This document shows positions 14,101-27,500 of a DNA stretch of 64,000 nt, piece by piece. The translations under genes and the position numbers were made by a program. Positions within the stretch are counted from its first letter, which is position 1. Every line of letters begins with the position of its first letter. The DNA is from Antedon mediterranea (lineage: Eukaryota > Animalia > Echinodermata). Below the pieces are notes generated by a model. The model did no database searches, had not been told where the DNA came from, and saw only the letters and a list, made by a program, of their open reading frames with translations. The stretch is taken from positions 35,399,648-35,463,647 of the forward strand of contig NC_092673.1 of NCBI RefSeq assembly GCF_964355755.1. Direction: 5' to 3'.

Positions 14101-15448
14101 GGTAAATACTTTGGATATGAGATTTTTGTTTAGTATCTTTTGTGCTATATTTTATATTAGCTGTCCAAAAAAACCTATAGTATTCGTGAAAACAATTTTA
14201 TCTGGTTTCAATTTATAGCAAAAACTAAACTTGTCAAAATAGTTTCGTCTGGCTGATAGTATTCTAATTGTTAATTAAAATGTATTTTAATAACTAATAG
14301 TAATTAATTAAAGCATACAAAAAGTACTCAATATCATATGTATGCTAATTTAAAGTGTAGCCTGAATAAAATGGAAAAAAATATCAATTGCGAAACCAGT
14401 CCGGTTTCCTATGAATCACTGTTGAGCAGTTCTAAGTATTGCTAAATATTGCTAAATGAGGCGTGAACCATAAGCAAGCACTGTGAAATATAAAGACGAT
14501 GAATGATTCAAGACTGATGTCTTAACCTCTGTCTACACTATCAAACCTTGTGACAAAAAATTGTGATATGCCCATATATGAACATGATGATATCATATCA
14601 CTACCGTATTTGGTCATATCACTATCATATTTGGTCATATCACTACTACCATATTTGGGTACCTCACTCTTTTTTTTGTCAACTAGTTTGTTAGTGTAGA
14701 CAGAGCTTTATAGTTATAACACTAGGCAAAAAATCATGTTTTAAATAGGGCCTAATTGTCAATGCTCGTTCTACATCACTGAATGAGTGGGCTCAATGAT
14801 TTATTATCCTTAGTTACACTGGGGAAGAAGTCGTTTCAGATATAAAGATCCAGCATGTCTTTTGAAGACCAACAGGAATCCCTGATGCAATCAAATATTT
14901 GACTGACAGTCACAAAGCTGTTAGTAGTTTAAATCCGGGAAGAGTGAAATTAATTAAACTCTTTCCTGGTTTAAATTAATCATAATAATTGGACCCGTCA
15001 ACTAAATTAATCCAAAACACAAGGGTTATCCCCTTTATTTGGAAATCTGTAAAATACTGGGACTTTTTTTAACTGCTTGTCAATGTCATCGTGGTTGATT
15101 GAGTGAAGGAACCGTGAAAATGTGTTGGTTTGTGTTACAAAGTGTCGATAAGACAATTTCTTATCTTTTAACATAAGATACTTAAAACCTCTTCCCTGCT
15201 TAAAACACTTCTTAACCAGCTTTTGAAAATAACTTCATTCACAACACTTGTTCTTCTTCACCTCTTCAAAACAAATTGGTGTTATTATCAATGTGGGCAT
15301 TCACAATTTATATCCATTTTCCAGATAATTTATTCATTCAATTAAAAAAAAATTTAATTTCCTGTTTGGTTATAACTTATATTTTCCATCTATTATTATT
15401 AGGTTATATGCATGATATGCATATAACCTCTTGATTCTGTCAGAATCT

Positions 15449-15503
<55 letters not shown>

Positions 15504-18500
15504 TTCTTTCCTTAGCACTATTTGTCCGTCAATTATCTTGGCATCGGTTTTATCTATCTAAGTCAATTTTTCAGAGTATATTCCTTATGGCCAGGAATCG
15601 ATGTGGTTATGTTTTCACGGTGCGCAATCAAAAATTACGCGGTCTACGCGCGATTTAACGAAATCACGTTTGTAATCATATCTTCACAAACATGAATCAC
15701 TTTTAAACAAAATTTGGTACTCATAAATTTCAGGTCATATTTCATCATATGGCAATACAATTACGTGCGTAGCGCATATAACGCATGCGTACGCGCGCTT
15801 AAAATGTTGAAAATTGTCAGAATTTATTTTCGATGAAATTAGAGTACGTTTCAGGCAATTTTAAGCGTTTAAAAAATTGCCATGAGTGCGCAGATTTTTG
15901 CACGCGCACTGCGCGTCAAACGTTAATGCGCACTGTTTGTGTCTGATTACTGTTGTATAACCTTTCTTTAATAATATCATCATATTTTATTCACTTTTCA
16001 ACGCGAAACAGCGTTATACGAGCACGTCAAAAGTGACGGGCTACGCACGTGTAAGTTAACAAAATGGTGAAAATATGCTAAATTTTAAAATTAATATATA
16101 TCGTTAGAATGCTCGGGAACACCTAATTTTTATTTAATTTTCTTGAAGTGTATGTATCATATGTATGATTTATTATGAAATTAGAAGAACAAAAGTTGAT
16201 TAAGTCATCATTAATGGCATATTAAATTCAACAAAATTAATTTCGACAATCAAACAAATTATAACATTTTCTTAGGCCAAAATAACAAACTTAACGTTAA
16301 CTTTCTTCCTTAAGAAGTTCATATATTAAAGTTAAAAGTATATAGTTTGACAGTGCATCATTTTTTTAAATTTTTAAAGATGTCATCATAGTAAAACATT
16401 ATAATTCATTGCGGTATGTAATAATCTATCTGCACCAAAGTGGTTACTGCATAGTAAATACACGGAGGAATTTTTCTCCAAGTTTTAGTCAGTTGTGTAT
16501 GGCTCGATGGTCTGTGCTCGTGTCAATGGCATTCAAGGTACCGAGTTCGAGTCTCACCTTGGGAAACGAAATAAGATTTTTTTTTTATTATCCGTATTGT
16601 TCAAATTTATTTCTTAGTGTATAGATTATACACATGATTTATAATGAAATCTAGATAAAAAGTTACTTTATGTCTTTTTTATTATGTAACAACAAATGCG
16701 GTTTATGACATTATACGCAGAGGGATCTTTGATCGGATTGTGATACCGGCTATGGTGTTCGCGTTAGCAAGGTCCTATCATATATTATAAATAATTAAAG
16801 ATTCTGAGAAAATCAATCAATCAATATATCTTTTAAAAATCAATTATCTTTATTTAAATCAATGCATATAACCTATAATTCGTCATAGTGACGAATTAAA
16901 TCTAGTCTATTTTTGTTATCCTATTCAGCTTGAGCACATCAACACAGACAGACATAAGAAAGAGTTAGAATCGGGACACGCTCATATGGAAGGTAGTATT
17001 CTAATGCAAAATATCCAAAGAATTGTCCAAGAGAATGAACGACTTCAGAAAGAACTATACGACAAGAACAACAAAATTGAAGTTCAAAATGATAAAATAT
17101 CTGAACTACTTCAACGAAATCAAAAGTAAGTTGTTTTTTTAGGTTATTAGTGTATGTGTAAGCTTATTATATAAAAATTCTACCTTTTAGTTTGAGCCCA
17201 CATTGGGAATAACCCCACCCTGGGGATAAGCCCACCCTGGGGAATAAGCCCACATGGGGAATAAGCCCACATGGGGAATAAGCCTACATGGGGAATAAGC
17301 CCACCCTGGGGAATAAGCCTACATGGGGAATAAGCCCACATGGGGAATAAGCCTACATGGGGAATAAGCCCACCTGGGGAATAAGCCCACCTGGGGAATA
17401 AGCCCACCCTGGGGAATAAGCCTACATGGGGAATAAGCCCACCCTGGGGTATGTTCTTACCTGCGGGTAAAAAGTCAACCCAAAATATGGAGCTATCCAT
17501 GCAAAATTTATTTTAGTAAATATACCAATTATTTATTGGTCTTGTCAATATTGTATCAACAATTATAACACTATTACTAATATAGTTTAAAATTAAACCG
17601 TGACTATTTACCACTAGAAACTCGAATTAAAATAATATATTTTAATATTAAATTTATAGCTTAGGTTTGGTAGGAAATTAAAACAAATTATATAACTTAT
17701 TTTCAGGCCAGACAGACCGTCATTTAAAGAAATGTTTGAAAAAAAGAAGTATGAAATAGTTGTTTGTAGGCATGTTATAATAAGAAACATTAACTAATAA
17801 TTAATTTATCCTATTAAACAAATTTGTCCTTATTAGTTATTATTCTCTTCATTTTTTAAACCTGCATGTTCTTTAAAATTAAATTGATTTTGTGTGTTTA
17901 ATGATTTGTTCATGAAACCTGGCATGTTTTTGAATGAATATATCAGTCATACATTTGTATGTACAGTAGATGTATGCAAAAAGTAGAGTATTCCTCTGCA
18001 TATTAAAGTATTTCTGAAGATTCAACCAATCACACTGCGTCACCCAGACAGTCAATTGTTAAAGAGGCCATAAATCTAGTGGATCAATTTCCAGCGCACT
18101 AAGGACCATTAAGATATATTATAATGTATATTGGCCTATTGACAGAGTTGCGATATAGAAAATAGATTGTATTAAACATTTGCAGTTAATGTCACTAAAA
18201 TGTATTAGATCTGTTTACACACAGGACAGTTATCTTGTTTGCTCTATTGATGCATGTATATGCAAAACCTTATGGACATTTGTATGCAGAAGATATTTCT
18301 GTTTCTCTTTCTGTTGATATTTTAAAAAATCTTCTGATTCTCTCTTCTGTTGCTTTTCAGTTGATCTGTCCGTTGATATCTTTGTTGATCTTTCTGTTGC
18401 TCTTTCTGTTGCTCCTCCTGTTGATCTCTCTGTTGCTCCTTCTGTTAATCTTTCTGTTGCTCTTTCCGTTGCTTTTTCTGTTTATCTCTCTGTTGATCTT

Positions 18501-21500
18501 CCTGTTAATCTTTCTGTTGCTCTTTCTGTTGCTCCTCCTGTTAATCTTTCTGTTAATCTTTCTGTTGCTCTTTCTGTTGCTCCTCCTGTTAATCTTTCTG
18601 TTAATCTTTCTGTTGCTCTTTCTGTTAATCTTTCTGTTGCTCTTTCTTTTGATTTTTCTGTTACCATTTATTATGTTGCTTGCTCTGATGCATGTTCAGT
18701 ACTCAGAATAAAATTGGTTGAACATGGAATGGAATATCATTTTTAGGACTTTATCATTGTTTTTTGTTTTTTTATTTTATTGTATGCATCTTGTTTGAGT
18801 CTAGTATGCCTACATGGTTGTCAAATATTTTCAATTTCTTTATTTATTTACATCCTCTTCTATATACCCCTGTGATTTGCACAAGTCCCTTGGGCTTCGT
18901 TTGTAATATTCTTGATTAAAATGAATTATAAAATAATTACCTAAATTAATAATGAGCATATCTGGATTTACCAATATATTCTTTAAAACAATTAGTTGAT
19001 GATAAGACTTTCTTAACCAGCAATGAATTTTGTTGTCTGATTTAAAATAAAGTATATAGAATATATTTATTTTTTCGTTGAACTCTTCCTTTGGGACACC
19101 CATACTTTAACACAGAGGACACCCCCATTAAGTGCACTCTTCCTTTGGGACACCCATACTTTAACACAGAGGACACCCCCATTAAGTGCACTCTTTCATC
19201 TGGACCAAATAGAGAAAATACATGTTTCAACATCTATTCAGGGTCACTTTAGGGAACAATTTTCATTTAAATATAGTTAATCAAATAAAATAATTACAAA
19301 ATAAAAGTTGTTAACAGTATACTATGTGTAGGATAAATATCAAAGCTTAAGAGATATAATAACAGTTAAATAGACTGAAATCATGATGCTGATCAAATTG
19401 CTTAAATTAAACCTACACAATACTATAATGCTTGGATCTTAAAAACATTGTGCTTATTGGTGATTACCGTCAAAATGTTCAGAATGTAAGTTACTAACAC
19501 AGTGAACTTTTAGCTATTGCATTTACATTATGTCACTCTATATAGGAAACACAGTAAACAGTAGAACGCCTATTCAGATGACACCCATGTTCTGGGGACA
19601 CCCATATTAATAGAATACTTTCCTGTTAAACAATAAATGCCAACCATTATTCAGTGGACACCCATGTTCTGTGGACACCCATGTTCTGGGGACACCCATG
19701 TTCTGGGGACACCCATGTTCTGGGGACACCCATGTTCTGGGGACACCCATGTTCTGGGGACACCCATGTTCTGGGGACACCCATGTTCTGGGGACACCCA
19801 TGTTCTGGGGACACCCATATTAAAAGAATACTTTCCTGTTAAACAAATGATAAACAATGAATGACAATCCTTATTCAGTGGATACCCTTATTGAAGGGAC
19901 ACCTTTGTTGGATTTCATTAATAGAGTTTCTACTGTATATAAATATATAATCCTCAACCTCCTAAATATTGAAATTTTTAAAAATGTTTTCAGATTTGTT
20001 GAGCAAAGCAATAGTCTGCTGGAGCAAAGAAATGATTCATACAAACAATCGTCCCATCAATCCCAATCAAGAGTGCTAGAACTCGAACATGAAAAAGTAA
20101 GTTGGTATTGCGTGAGTAAAATATTAGTTTGTGGTTAAAATCATATTAGCTTTGGTGGTACTTATACCAACTATAAATAGATGATCTACATGACAAGTTA
20201 ATCCACTTAAATTCACTTCACAACTAGCCTAAAACAGGATTATGTTGTCCTTGCGACTTGAACACAATTCGGCTAGTTGCCAGTAATAATACCACTGATT
20301 TAAAGTGCTCTTGTATGATTGAAGGCGGTTGCACAGAATTGATGAATGGTAGAGAGTGCTGCCTGACAAGACATGGCCTTGGGAGAAAACATGTCAAAAC
20401 ATTTTAGCTGAATAGCCTATGTCGCTGCGGGTGCCATTATGTTCTCTAGTTTCTTCTAATAAATCAGTTTTTACAGTGTCTTCCACCCAGCTTATTTATA
20501 CAGTACAGCTCTTGCCAACCACTCAAATGGAACTCTCTGGTTCTGAACCGCCTCAACCTCTTTCTAAGACAAACACAAATGTCCTTGAACATCTCATAGC
20601 TACAAAACATAAATATAACTGATAATCTGTCACTCTATATATTCTGTTTAATTTTAGTCTTCCATCTATCTTATTTTTCACCTAACTCGGTAATACAGTA
20701 CAAATATATATATATCTCTGTCTGCCTAACCCAGCTAGCTTAGTACAAATCTTGCCACCCACCCATGTCTATCTCTGCAGCCTTCTCCCCTATTACCAAA
20801 AGACAAACAAAAATATCCCCTTCACTTACAGCAAAACAAACTGTATATGGATATATATTTAAATGTATAGTATAACGAAATTACTTGGTAATAAAGTGTA
20901 TGTGTTATCAATCGTCCTGCATGTAATGAAGTAAATACTCTGAAATCGTCGAGGGAGGGTGCCTACTGTAGCCCTCTGATGGATTACTTCCCAAAGTTAT
21001 TTAGCTCATTTGAGTCATCAGCGATAGTTGTGGCTATTTTTATGTAGTGTCCGCTCTTGATTACTGTTCTTATTTTCTGAATTGTCTCCTTTATAAAGTA
21101 CAATGTCTTACTTATTTCCCATTCATGTTAATTCTTAATTCTGCAGACGTTTTTTTAGTACATATTTATTACAGCATGCAGTGTTGATTCTGTTGAGTCA
21201 TTCTTATAATTGCTATTACACCCACGGCTGGGTACATAAATCATAGTTCTTATAATTATTATTACACCCACGGCTGGGTACATAAATCATAGTTCTTATA
21301 ATTACTATTACACCCACGGCTGGGTACATAAATCATAGTTTGTTTGTTTGTTTGTTTGTTTGTTTGTTTGTTTTATCTTTATACTGGGTAACCTCTTCAG
21401 TCAAAGACTGATCTCCCAGAGGGCCCAGTTGGTGATCAGTGGCTGTGATGTACTAATACACCGGGGTAACCCCCTACTCATCTCGAAAGATGTACTAGGT

Positions 21501-24500
21501 TCTTTAAAGTGCACACGAGCAAGTTGTGTACACTGGACCTACGGTTTATAGTCCTTATCCGAGAAGACTCGTTCTACCACCAGAACCATGGAGTGAGTGA
21601 GCCTCGAACCCCTGCCGATGTTATGGCTAAGGGGACACCTTCGGGAACAAACAAAGTTTCCTCTTAAAAGGGGTGTCACCTGAACAGGGTTTGCCTGGAC
21701 ATAGAGTGTTAACAATTATTTTCCCTTGTTTGTTTCATGTGAAAATATTCTCTTAATAGGGATGTCTTGAATAAGTGTGTCACAAGGAGAGAAGTGGAGG
21801 GTTGTTTTGCTGTATGCTTGATTATTTTATTCAATATGTTTTGATTTTTTTTCAAAGAACCAAATGACAGCAGATCTTAGCAACACAACATCAAAAATTA
21901 GCAAACTTCAGCTGGAGCTAGCCAGCTGTCAGCAGAAAGAATCACAGCTAAGACAACACCTTATAACTATGCGTCACACATCAGATGACCACAAGAACGA
22001 GTTGGAAACGTTAAGAGCTCAGGCAATTGGTAAGAAAAAACAGACAGATAGTTTTTTTTCTTATTGAAAAAGTGGAACCCTTTATTTCTTGCTTTATTCT
22101 GCATTTTAATAGACATTGGTTAAAATGTGTTACATTTGTGTAATATTACATTACAGTAATTAATAAAAAAAGATTTCTAGTGCTCACTCCTGTACCACTA
22201 CCAAATGTGCTCACTCCTGTACCACTACCAAATGTGCTCACTCCTGTACCACTACCAAATGTGCTCACTCCTGTACCACTACCAAATGTGCTCACTCCTG
22301 TACCACTACCAAATGTGCTCACTCCTGTACCACTACCAAATGTGCTCACTCCTGTACCACTACCAAATGTGCTCACTCCTGTACCACTACCAAATGTGCT
22401 CACTCCTGTACCAATACCAAATGTGCTCACTCCTGTACCACTACCAAATGTGCTCACTCCCGTACCACTACCAAATGTGCTCACTCCTGTACCACTACCA
22501 AATGTGCTCACTCCCGTACCACTACCAAATGTGCTCACTCCTGTACCAATACCAAATGTGCTCACTTCTGTACCACTACCAAATGTGCTCACTCCCGTAC
22601 CACTACCAAATGTGCTCACTCCTGTACCAATACCAAATGTGCTCACTCCTGTACCACTACCAAATGTGCTCACTTCTGTACCACTACCAAATGTGCTCAC
22701 TCCTGTACCACTACCAAATGTGCTCACTCCTGTACCACTACCAAATGTGCTCACTCCTGTACCAATACCAAATGTGCTCACTTCTGTACCACTACCAAAT
22801 GTGCTCACTCCTGTACCATTACCAAATGTGCTCACTCCTGTACCACTACCAAATGTGCTCACTTCTGTACCACTACCAAATGTGCTCACTCCTGTACCAC
22901 TACCAAATGTGCTCACTCCTATACCACTACCAAATGTGCTCACTCCTATACCACTACCAAATGTGCTCACTCCCGTACCACTACCAAATGTGCTCACTTC
23001 TGTACCACTACCAAATGTGCTCACACCTGTACCACTACCAAATGTGCTCACTCCTGTACCACTACCAAATGTGCTCACTCCCGTACCACTACCAAATGTG
23101 CTCACTCCTGTACCACTACCAAATGTGCTCACTCCTGTACCAATACCAAATGTGCTCACTCCTGTACCACTACCAAATGTGCTCACACCTGTACCACTAC
23201 CAAATGTGCTCACTCCTGTACCACTACCAAATGTGCTCACTCCCGTACCACTACCAAATGTGCTCACTCCTGTACCACTACCAAATGTGCTCACTCCTGT
23301 ACCACTACCAAATGTGCTCACTCCTGTACCACTACCAAATGTGCTCACTCCTGTACCACTACCAAATGTGCTCACTCCTGTACCACTACCAAATGTGCTC
23401 ACTCCTATACCACTACCAAATGTGCTCACTCCTGTACCACTACCAAATGTGCTCACTCCTGTACCACTACCAAATGTGCTCACTCCTGTACCACTACCAA
23501 ATGTGCTCACTCCCGTACCACTACCAAATGTGCTCACTTCTGTACCACTACCAAATGTGCTCACTCCTGTACCAATACCAAATGTGCTCACTCCTGTACC
23601 ACTACCAAATGTGCTCACTCCTGTACCACTACCAAATGTGCTCACTCCTGTACCAATACCAAATGTGCTCACTCCTGTACCACTACCAAATGTGCTCACT
23701 CCTGTACCAATACCAAATGTGCTCACTCCCGTACCACTACCAAATGTGCTCACTTCTGTACCACTACCAAATGTGCTCACACCTGTACCACTACCAAATG
23801 TGCTCACTCCTGTACCACTACCAAATGTGCTCACTCCCGTACCACTACCAAATGTGCTCACTCCTGTACCACTACCAAATGTGCTCACTCCTGTACCAAT
23901 ACCAAATGTGCTCACTCCTGTACCACTACCAAATGTGCTCACACCTGTACCACTACCAAATGTGCTCACTCCTGTACCACTACCAAATGTGCTCACTCCC
24001 GTACCACTACCAAATGTGCTCACTCCTGTACCACTACCAAATGTGCTCACTCCTGTACCACTACCAAATGTGCTCACTCCTGTACCACTACCAAATGTGC
24101 TCACTCCTGTACCACTACCAAATGTGCTCACTCCTGTACCACTACCAAATGTGCTCACTCCTATACCACTACCAAATGTGCTCACTCCTGTACCACTACC
24201 AAATGTGCTCACTCCTGTACCACTACCAAATGTGCTCACTCCTGTACCACTACCAAATGTGCTCACTCCCGTACCACTACCAAATGTGCTCACTTCTGTA
24301 CCACTACCAAATGTGCTCACTCCTGTACCAATACCAAATGTGCTCACTCCTGTACCACTACCAAATGTGCTCACTCCTGTACCACTACCAAATGTGCTCA
24401 CTCCTGTACCACTACCAAATGTGCTCACTCCTGTACCACTACCAAATGTGCTCACTCCTGTACCACTACCAAATGTGCTCACTCCCGTACCACTACCAAA

Positions 24501-27500
24501 TGTGCTCACTTCTGTACCACTACCAAATGTGCTCACTCCTGTACCAATACCAAATGTGCTCACTCCTGTACCACTACCAAATGTGCTCACTCCTGTACCA
24601 CTACCAAATGTGCTCACTCCTGTACCACTACCAAATGTGCTCACTCCCGTACCACTACCAAATGTGCTCACTCCTGTACCACTACCAAATGTGCTCACTC
24701 CTGTACCACTACCAAATGTGCTCACTCCTGTACCACTACCAAATGTGCTCACTCCCGTACCACTACCAAATGTGCTCACTTCTGTACCACTACCAAATGT
24801 GCTCACTCCTGTACCACTACCAAATGTGCTCACTCCTGTACCACTACCAAATGTGCTCACTCCCGTACCACTACCAAATGTGCTCACTTCTGTACCACTA
24901 CCAAATGTGCTCACTCCTGTACCAATACCAAATGTGCTCACTCCTGTACCACTACCAAATGTGCTCACTCCTGTACCACTACCAAATGTGCTCACTCCTG
25001 TACCACTACCAAATGTGCTCACTCCTGTACCACTACCAAATGTGCTCACTCCTGTACCACTACCAAATGTGCTCACTCCTGTACCACTACCAAATGTGCT
25101 CACACCTGTACCACTACCAAATGTGCTCACTCCTGTACCACTACCAAATGTGCTCACTCCTGTACCACTACCAAATGTGCTCACTCCTGTACCACTACCA
25201 AATGTGCTCACTCCTGTACCACTACCAAATGTGCTCAATGCGCTTTTAATTGCTTATAATTTACATTTGATTAAATACACAATCAAATTGTGTCTCACTG
25301 TAAGCCTTGGCAAACTTTTACTGATTGGTTTAACAAATCTAAGTTTGCAGACTCAGATAGGCAGTGGGTTGCAGAGTCGTGGAGAAGCTGTAGTGAAATT
25401 TAGCTCTACCACAATAGGAGTTGAATGACATAGGTTGATGGAGAGAATTAGCTTATCATCAGGTCTTTAAATTAAGTTTTTTTAAATCATGCTCATCACG
25501 TGTATAACCTTTTCTTTTTAATATCTATTATTATTTTTTTTCCCCATTGTACAGAGGATGAATTGAAAATTAAGGAATTAAGTAAAACAATTAAAGATGA
25601 TAAGCAATTAAGAAAACAGATTGAAAACAGAGTGACTGTGCTGGAAGAAGAACTTGCTGACCTGAAAGCAGAAAGAGATAACTTACAGAAAGTATGTTAA
25701 AATACATTTTTAACTAATATACAAATAAGAAACATTTATAAGTGAATTTTTAATAATAATAATAATAATATTCTAATACAAAACATTTTCTGCCTTTGCC
25801 ACATCATGGAAAGTGCCTGGCATTCCCATTTTTTACTAATAGTATATAGTTGTATATTTTTAACTTTTATAGTGCCCTCTATTGTTTGGATAATTGCATT
25901 TTTCAAATTTAGCACCTCTGAAATTGTAACATAAACTAATTTTTATCTCAGCATTTGTCCGAAAGAAAAAAGAAAGCTGTCTTAGAAAAGCAGAAGACAG
26001 AAGAAGAATTTGATGAACTTAAGAAAATGCATGAGGTTTGTTTTCTACTTTAAACATTATTATTGTTATATGCATGAAGGTATAAAACCTCCATGTTATT
26101 TGTATTCGTTGATCTGTTTCTTTTTTATTACACAAAATATTTTCACCCATAAAACATATTATATTTTTCTATACTGTTTATAATTGTGCCTCTTTTACTT
26201 TAACTTATGTTTGTATATTGATTGTAAACAAACGTTATCAGCCAATGGCTGCTGTTTTGTATATTTATTTTATACCTGAATAAATAAATATATGATATTA
26301 ATTGATTCAACTGACTCAACTGTTTTGACTTTTTTATTTGATGTTTTAGAAAATTTCCAGAGCATACAGAAAGGTATTTTTGCCTTGCAAATGCATGTCT
26401 CTGAATTAAATAATATAAATTACGTCATTATTTTAAAATAAATGAATTTATCTAATGTGGCCCAATGGTGCACAGACAGGTTCTTCTTTATGCATGGACA
26501 CAACATTCTTTTTAATCAGTTTCTTAAAATAACATATAATTTAACTATTCTATTTAAGAGATAATAGTAAATAATAATAGTAAAACTCTTAATAAACTAT
26601 TGACTTTGAAAAAAATTCATAAAATGAAATTATTGAACATGCATTTTTAAAACTTTTGCAACCAAAATTCTTAAATTCTCAATTTCTTAAATTAACATAA
26701 AATTTAATTTTTCTATTTAAAAGAGAATGATAATGACTAATAAACTATTGGAATAAAATATAATTAATTAACATTAATTAATGCATTTTTTTAAATTTAT
26801 TTATTGCAACACTTTTTTGTTAGAACAGTAGTTACAGTATACAAAATGGTTGGCATGACCTTAATAGATATAAAATGACTTTGAAAACTTTTTTTCCTTG
26901 AAGGAAGAGATAGAGACTTTGAAGACCAAGTTGAGGCACCAGAAAACATCCAAAGAAGTGGAACAGGTTAGTGCCACATTATTTGTGTTAATTGTTTTCT
27001 TTTCTTGTGTTCCTTTGCAGATAGAGTAAGAGTGACTTTTTACCACATCTAAATAAAATCTTTATAACTTCAGTATTTTTCTTTTTTTTCTGACATTGAC
27101 ATTTACACAGGTTGGCCTATTGGTCAATGAAGATTGATGATACATCATTACTTACACTACAGATACTAGAAATTCAAATTTCTAACAGACGACTCAAATC
27201 ATTTAAAGAGAAAAAAAGATGCTCACCTTATTACTTTCCCATAATGCAACATGCTAGCAGCTTTGCAAAACAATACTATGCTATAAATAAACAATGTATT
27301 TTGCTAGATGGGTGATTATCCAGTTTTATTAATGCAATTTGTGAATAAACATTTATGTAAAATTGTGTTTTAACTATTTCTTTTCTTTACAGATTACACA
27401 AGCTGAGAAGGAAATTGAGAAGCAATGGCGAGATAAGTGCGATCGTCTTCTTGTACAGGCTAGAGAGAAACACGACAGGATGTACAATGAACTAAGGGAA

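Noticed and set aside
16490-16570. tRNA gene (also 736-846 and 37107-37170)
   Set aside because: Only A/B-box-like motifs are present, I could not fold a convincing cloverleaf, and they are embedded in repeats.
18000-18110. Coding-looking stretch as an alternative FKBP15 exon
   Set aside because: The acceptor is weak, a stop comes early in the phase-compatible frame, and there is no clear donor.
18235-18711. Leu-rich 158-aa membrane-like ORF
   Set aside because: It is the translation of a degenerate 12-bp pyrimidine repeat.
22146-25428. Three ORFs of 1014-1082 aa as real repeat proteins
   Set aside because: They arise from a 27-bp (3n) intronic tandem array open in three frames. They have no unique domains or signal peptide, and they lie between phase-compatible FKBP15 exons.
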